A DNA stretch of 64,000 bases, from positions 13,638,050 to 13,702,049 of the forward strand of contig NC_134026.1 of NCBI RefSeq assembly GCF_964204645.1, read 5' to 3'. The translations under genes and the position numbers were made by a program. Under the pieces are notes generated by a model that made no database searches, was not told the DNA's origin, and saw nothing but the letters and a program-made list of their open reading frames with translations. This document shows, piece after piece, positions 62,460 through 64,000 of the stretch (its first letter is position 1; each line of letters starts with the position of its first letter). This stretch comes from Tubulanus polymorphus. Lineage: Eukaryota; Animalia; Nemertea.

Positions 62460-63860
62460 TGTAATTGGTAATATTTCGGAGGCTAGAGATGCTAATGATC
62501 CTATCGGGTTGGAAGAGATGCAAGCTGTAGTTACTAGGGCTCAAGGTGTAAAAAGAACGGGTAGATTACTGCGACCATTGAAAATAGCAGATACTGGAGT
62601 TTTAAATGTCGACCGAGGGGAGTTACAAAGATTACAGTTGAATGATAGATCGTTAAATCAGTGTAGACAATTGGCGGGTTAAGTTGGGAAACAGTACAAG
62701 AGTGGAAAGTCAGTAGCTTTTATGATGGATAAAGCCATATTGTTTAGAATATTCACGAGTAAAAAATTGAAAACGACTAATCAGGTGGTATTACCCGAGA
62801 AATTACGCAATGGAGTCATAGAAGTGGCTCATGATTCTGTTTTAGCTGGTCACATGCGAGCAGCAAAATCATTAGATAGTGTTATGAATCAATTTTATTG
62901 GCCTGGGGTAACTGGGGACGTTAAGCGTTATTGTAAGTCGTGCGACTCGTGTCAAAAAACGATGCAGAAAGGTAAAATTAAACCGGTGCTGTCGACACGC
63001 CTATAATAACCGAACCATTTTCTAGGGTAGCGATAGATTTAGTTGGCCCATTACCAATTACGGAAAGTGGTAATAGGTATATATCAATATTAATTGATTT
63101 CGCAACGCGTTATCCCGAGGCAAAAGCTTCAAAGAGTGAAGTTCAAAAAGTGAAACTTCAGATGTAGCGGAAGCGTTATTGGAAATGTATTCAAGATTAG
63201 GGGTTCCGAGAAAGGTGATGTCAGACAGAGGTCCTCAGTTTATTTCAGAGGTTTGTAAAGAGGTTTATAGGTTAATGTCTACAAAGGAAATACTGAACTC
63301 TCCATATCATCCAATGGTCTTTGTGAGAATTTTAACGGAGTTTTTAAACGATTGTTACAAAGAATGAGCGGGGAAAGACCTAAGGACTGGGATCGCTATT
63401 TACCTAGTTTACTTTTCGCGTACAGAGAAGTGCCTCAAGAGTCTTTGAAATTCTCTCCTTCTGAATTACTCTAGGGTAGAACAGTACGAGGGCCGTTATC
63501 TATCCTTAAAGAATTGTGGGTTAGCGAGAAAGAAGAACCGGAAGTAAGATCTGCATATCAGTACGTATTTGAACTAAGACAACGCATGGAAGAAACATGT
63601 AGAATAGCTCATGAAGAATTAAGAAAAGCCAAGGTCAAGCAGAGCAAGTATTATAACAAAAGGGTGAAAGGTCAAATTTAAAGTTAGGCGATAAGGTACT
63701 ATTATTGTTGCCAACCGATAGTAATAAGTTAACTATGCAGTGGAAAGGTCTTTTCAGGGTTACGGGTACGGTACCGGGGTATGAAAATGATTATAAGATA
63801 GACGCTAATGGGAAAGTGAAAACATTTCATGTGAATATGCTTAAAAAGTATTTGATAGAG
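62460..63860 (+). pseudogene. Gypsy integrase, degenerate, directly after the protease
   Basis: AHDSVLAGH..FYWPG..YCKSCDSCQK (H2C2), PFSRVAIDLVGPLP, IDFATRYPEA, SDRGPQF, LLFAYREVPQES and a GPY/F-like region QWKG.F..FHVNMLKKY. Confidence 0.9.
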
Positions 63861-64000
63861 AGAAGACATTAAGTTGTACAGATCCAGGAAGAAAGACACT
63901 AAATATTTGGATGGATATATGAAAGCTGTGGGTACTGGAGTGTGTAATGGGTAGGGTAGTGTGATCTGTGTGCATTTGTGGCCAGCACACAGATCACATT

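Overview
This is AT-rich animal genomic DNA, probably from a marine invertebrate (inferred from the repeat families). It is not prokaryotic. The window lies inside one minus-strand host gene, a type I inositol-1,4,5-trisphosphate 5-phosphatase (INPP5A-like). Four short exons (55507-55607, 44910-44997, 27076-27139, 11238-11269) splice in frame across 10-18 kb introns packed with transposons. These include Helentron-associated (HINE-like) elements with internal tandem repeats, pogo, hAT, piggyBac and Harbinger-type derivatives, an L2 relic, and a near-intact CR1/Crack-type LINE whose ORF1 combines zinc knuckles with an esterase. There is also a Gmr1-order Gypsy element interrupted by a Sola transposon, and a hammerhead-like insertion. 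The standout is an 8.3 kb KDZ/Zisupton-type DNA transposon (27997-36268) with terminal inverted repeats (TIRs) and a 7-8 bp target-site duplication (TSD). It carries a 10-exon KDZ transposase and a convergent 6-exon gene with an NRF1/P3A2/erect-wing-type DNA-binding domain. Both ends of the element contain NRF1-site-like 12-mers (TGCTCATGAGCA, TGCTCATGCGCA) and arrays of TGCTCA half-sites. This suggests a two-component transposon that uses an NRF1-family end-binding protein. All family assignments come from motif recognition by eye; no database searches were run.
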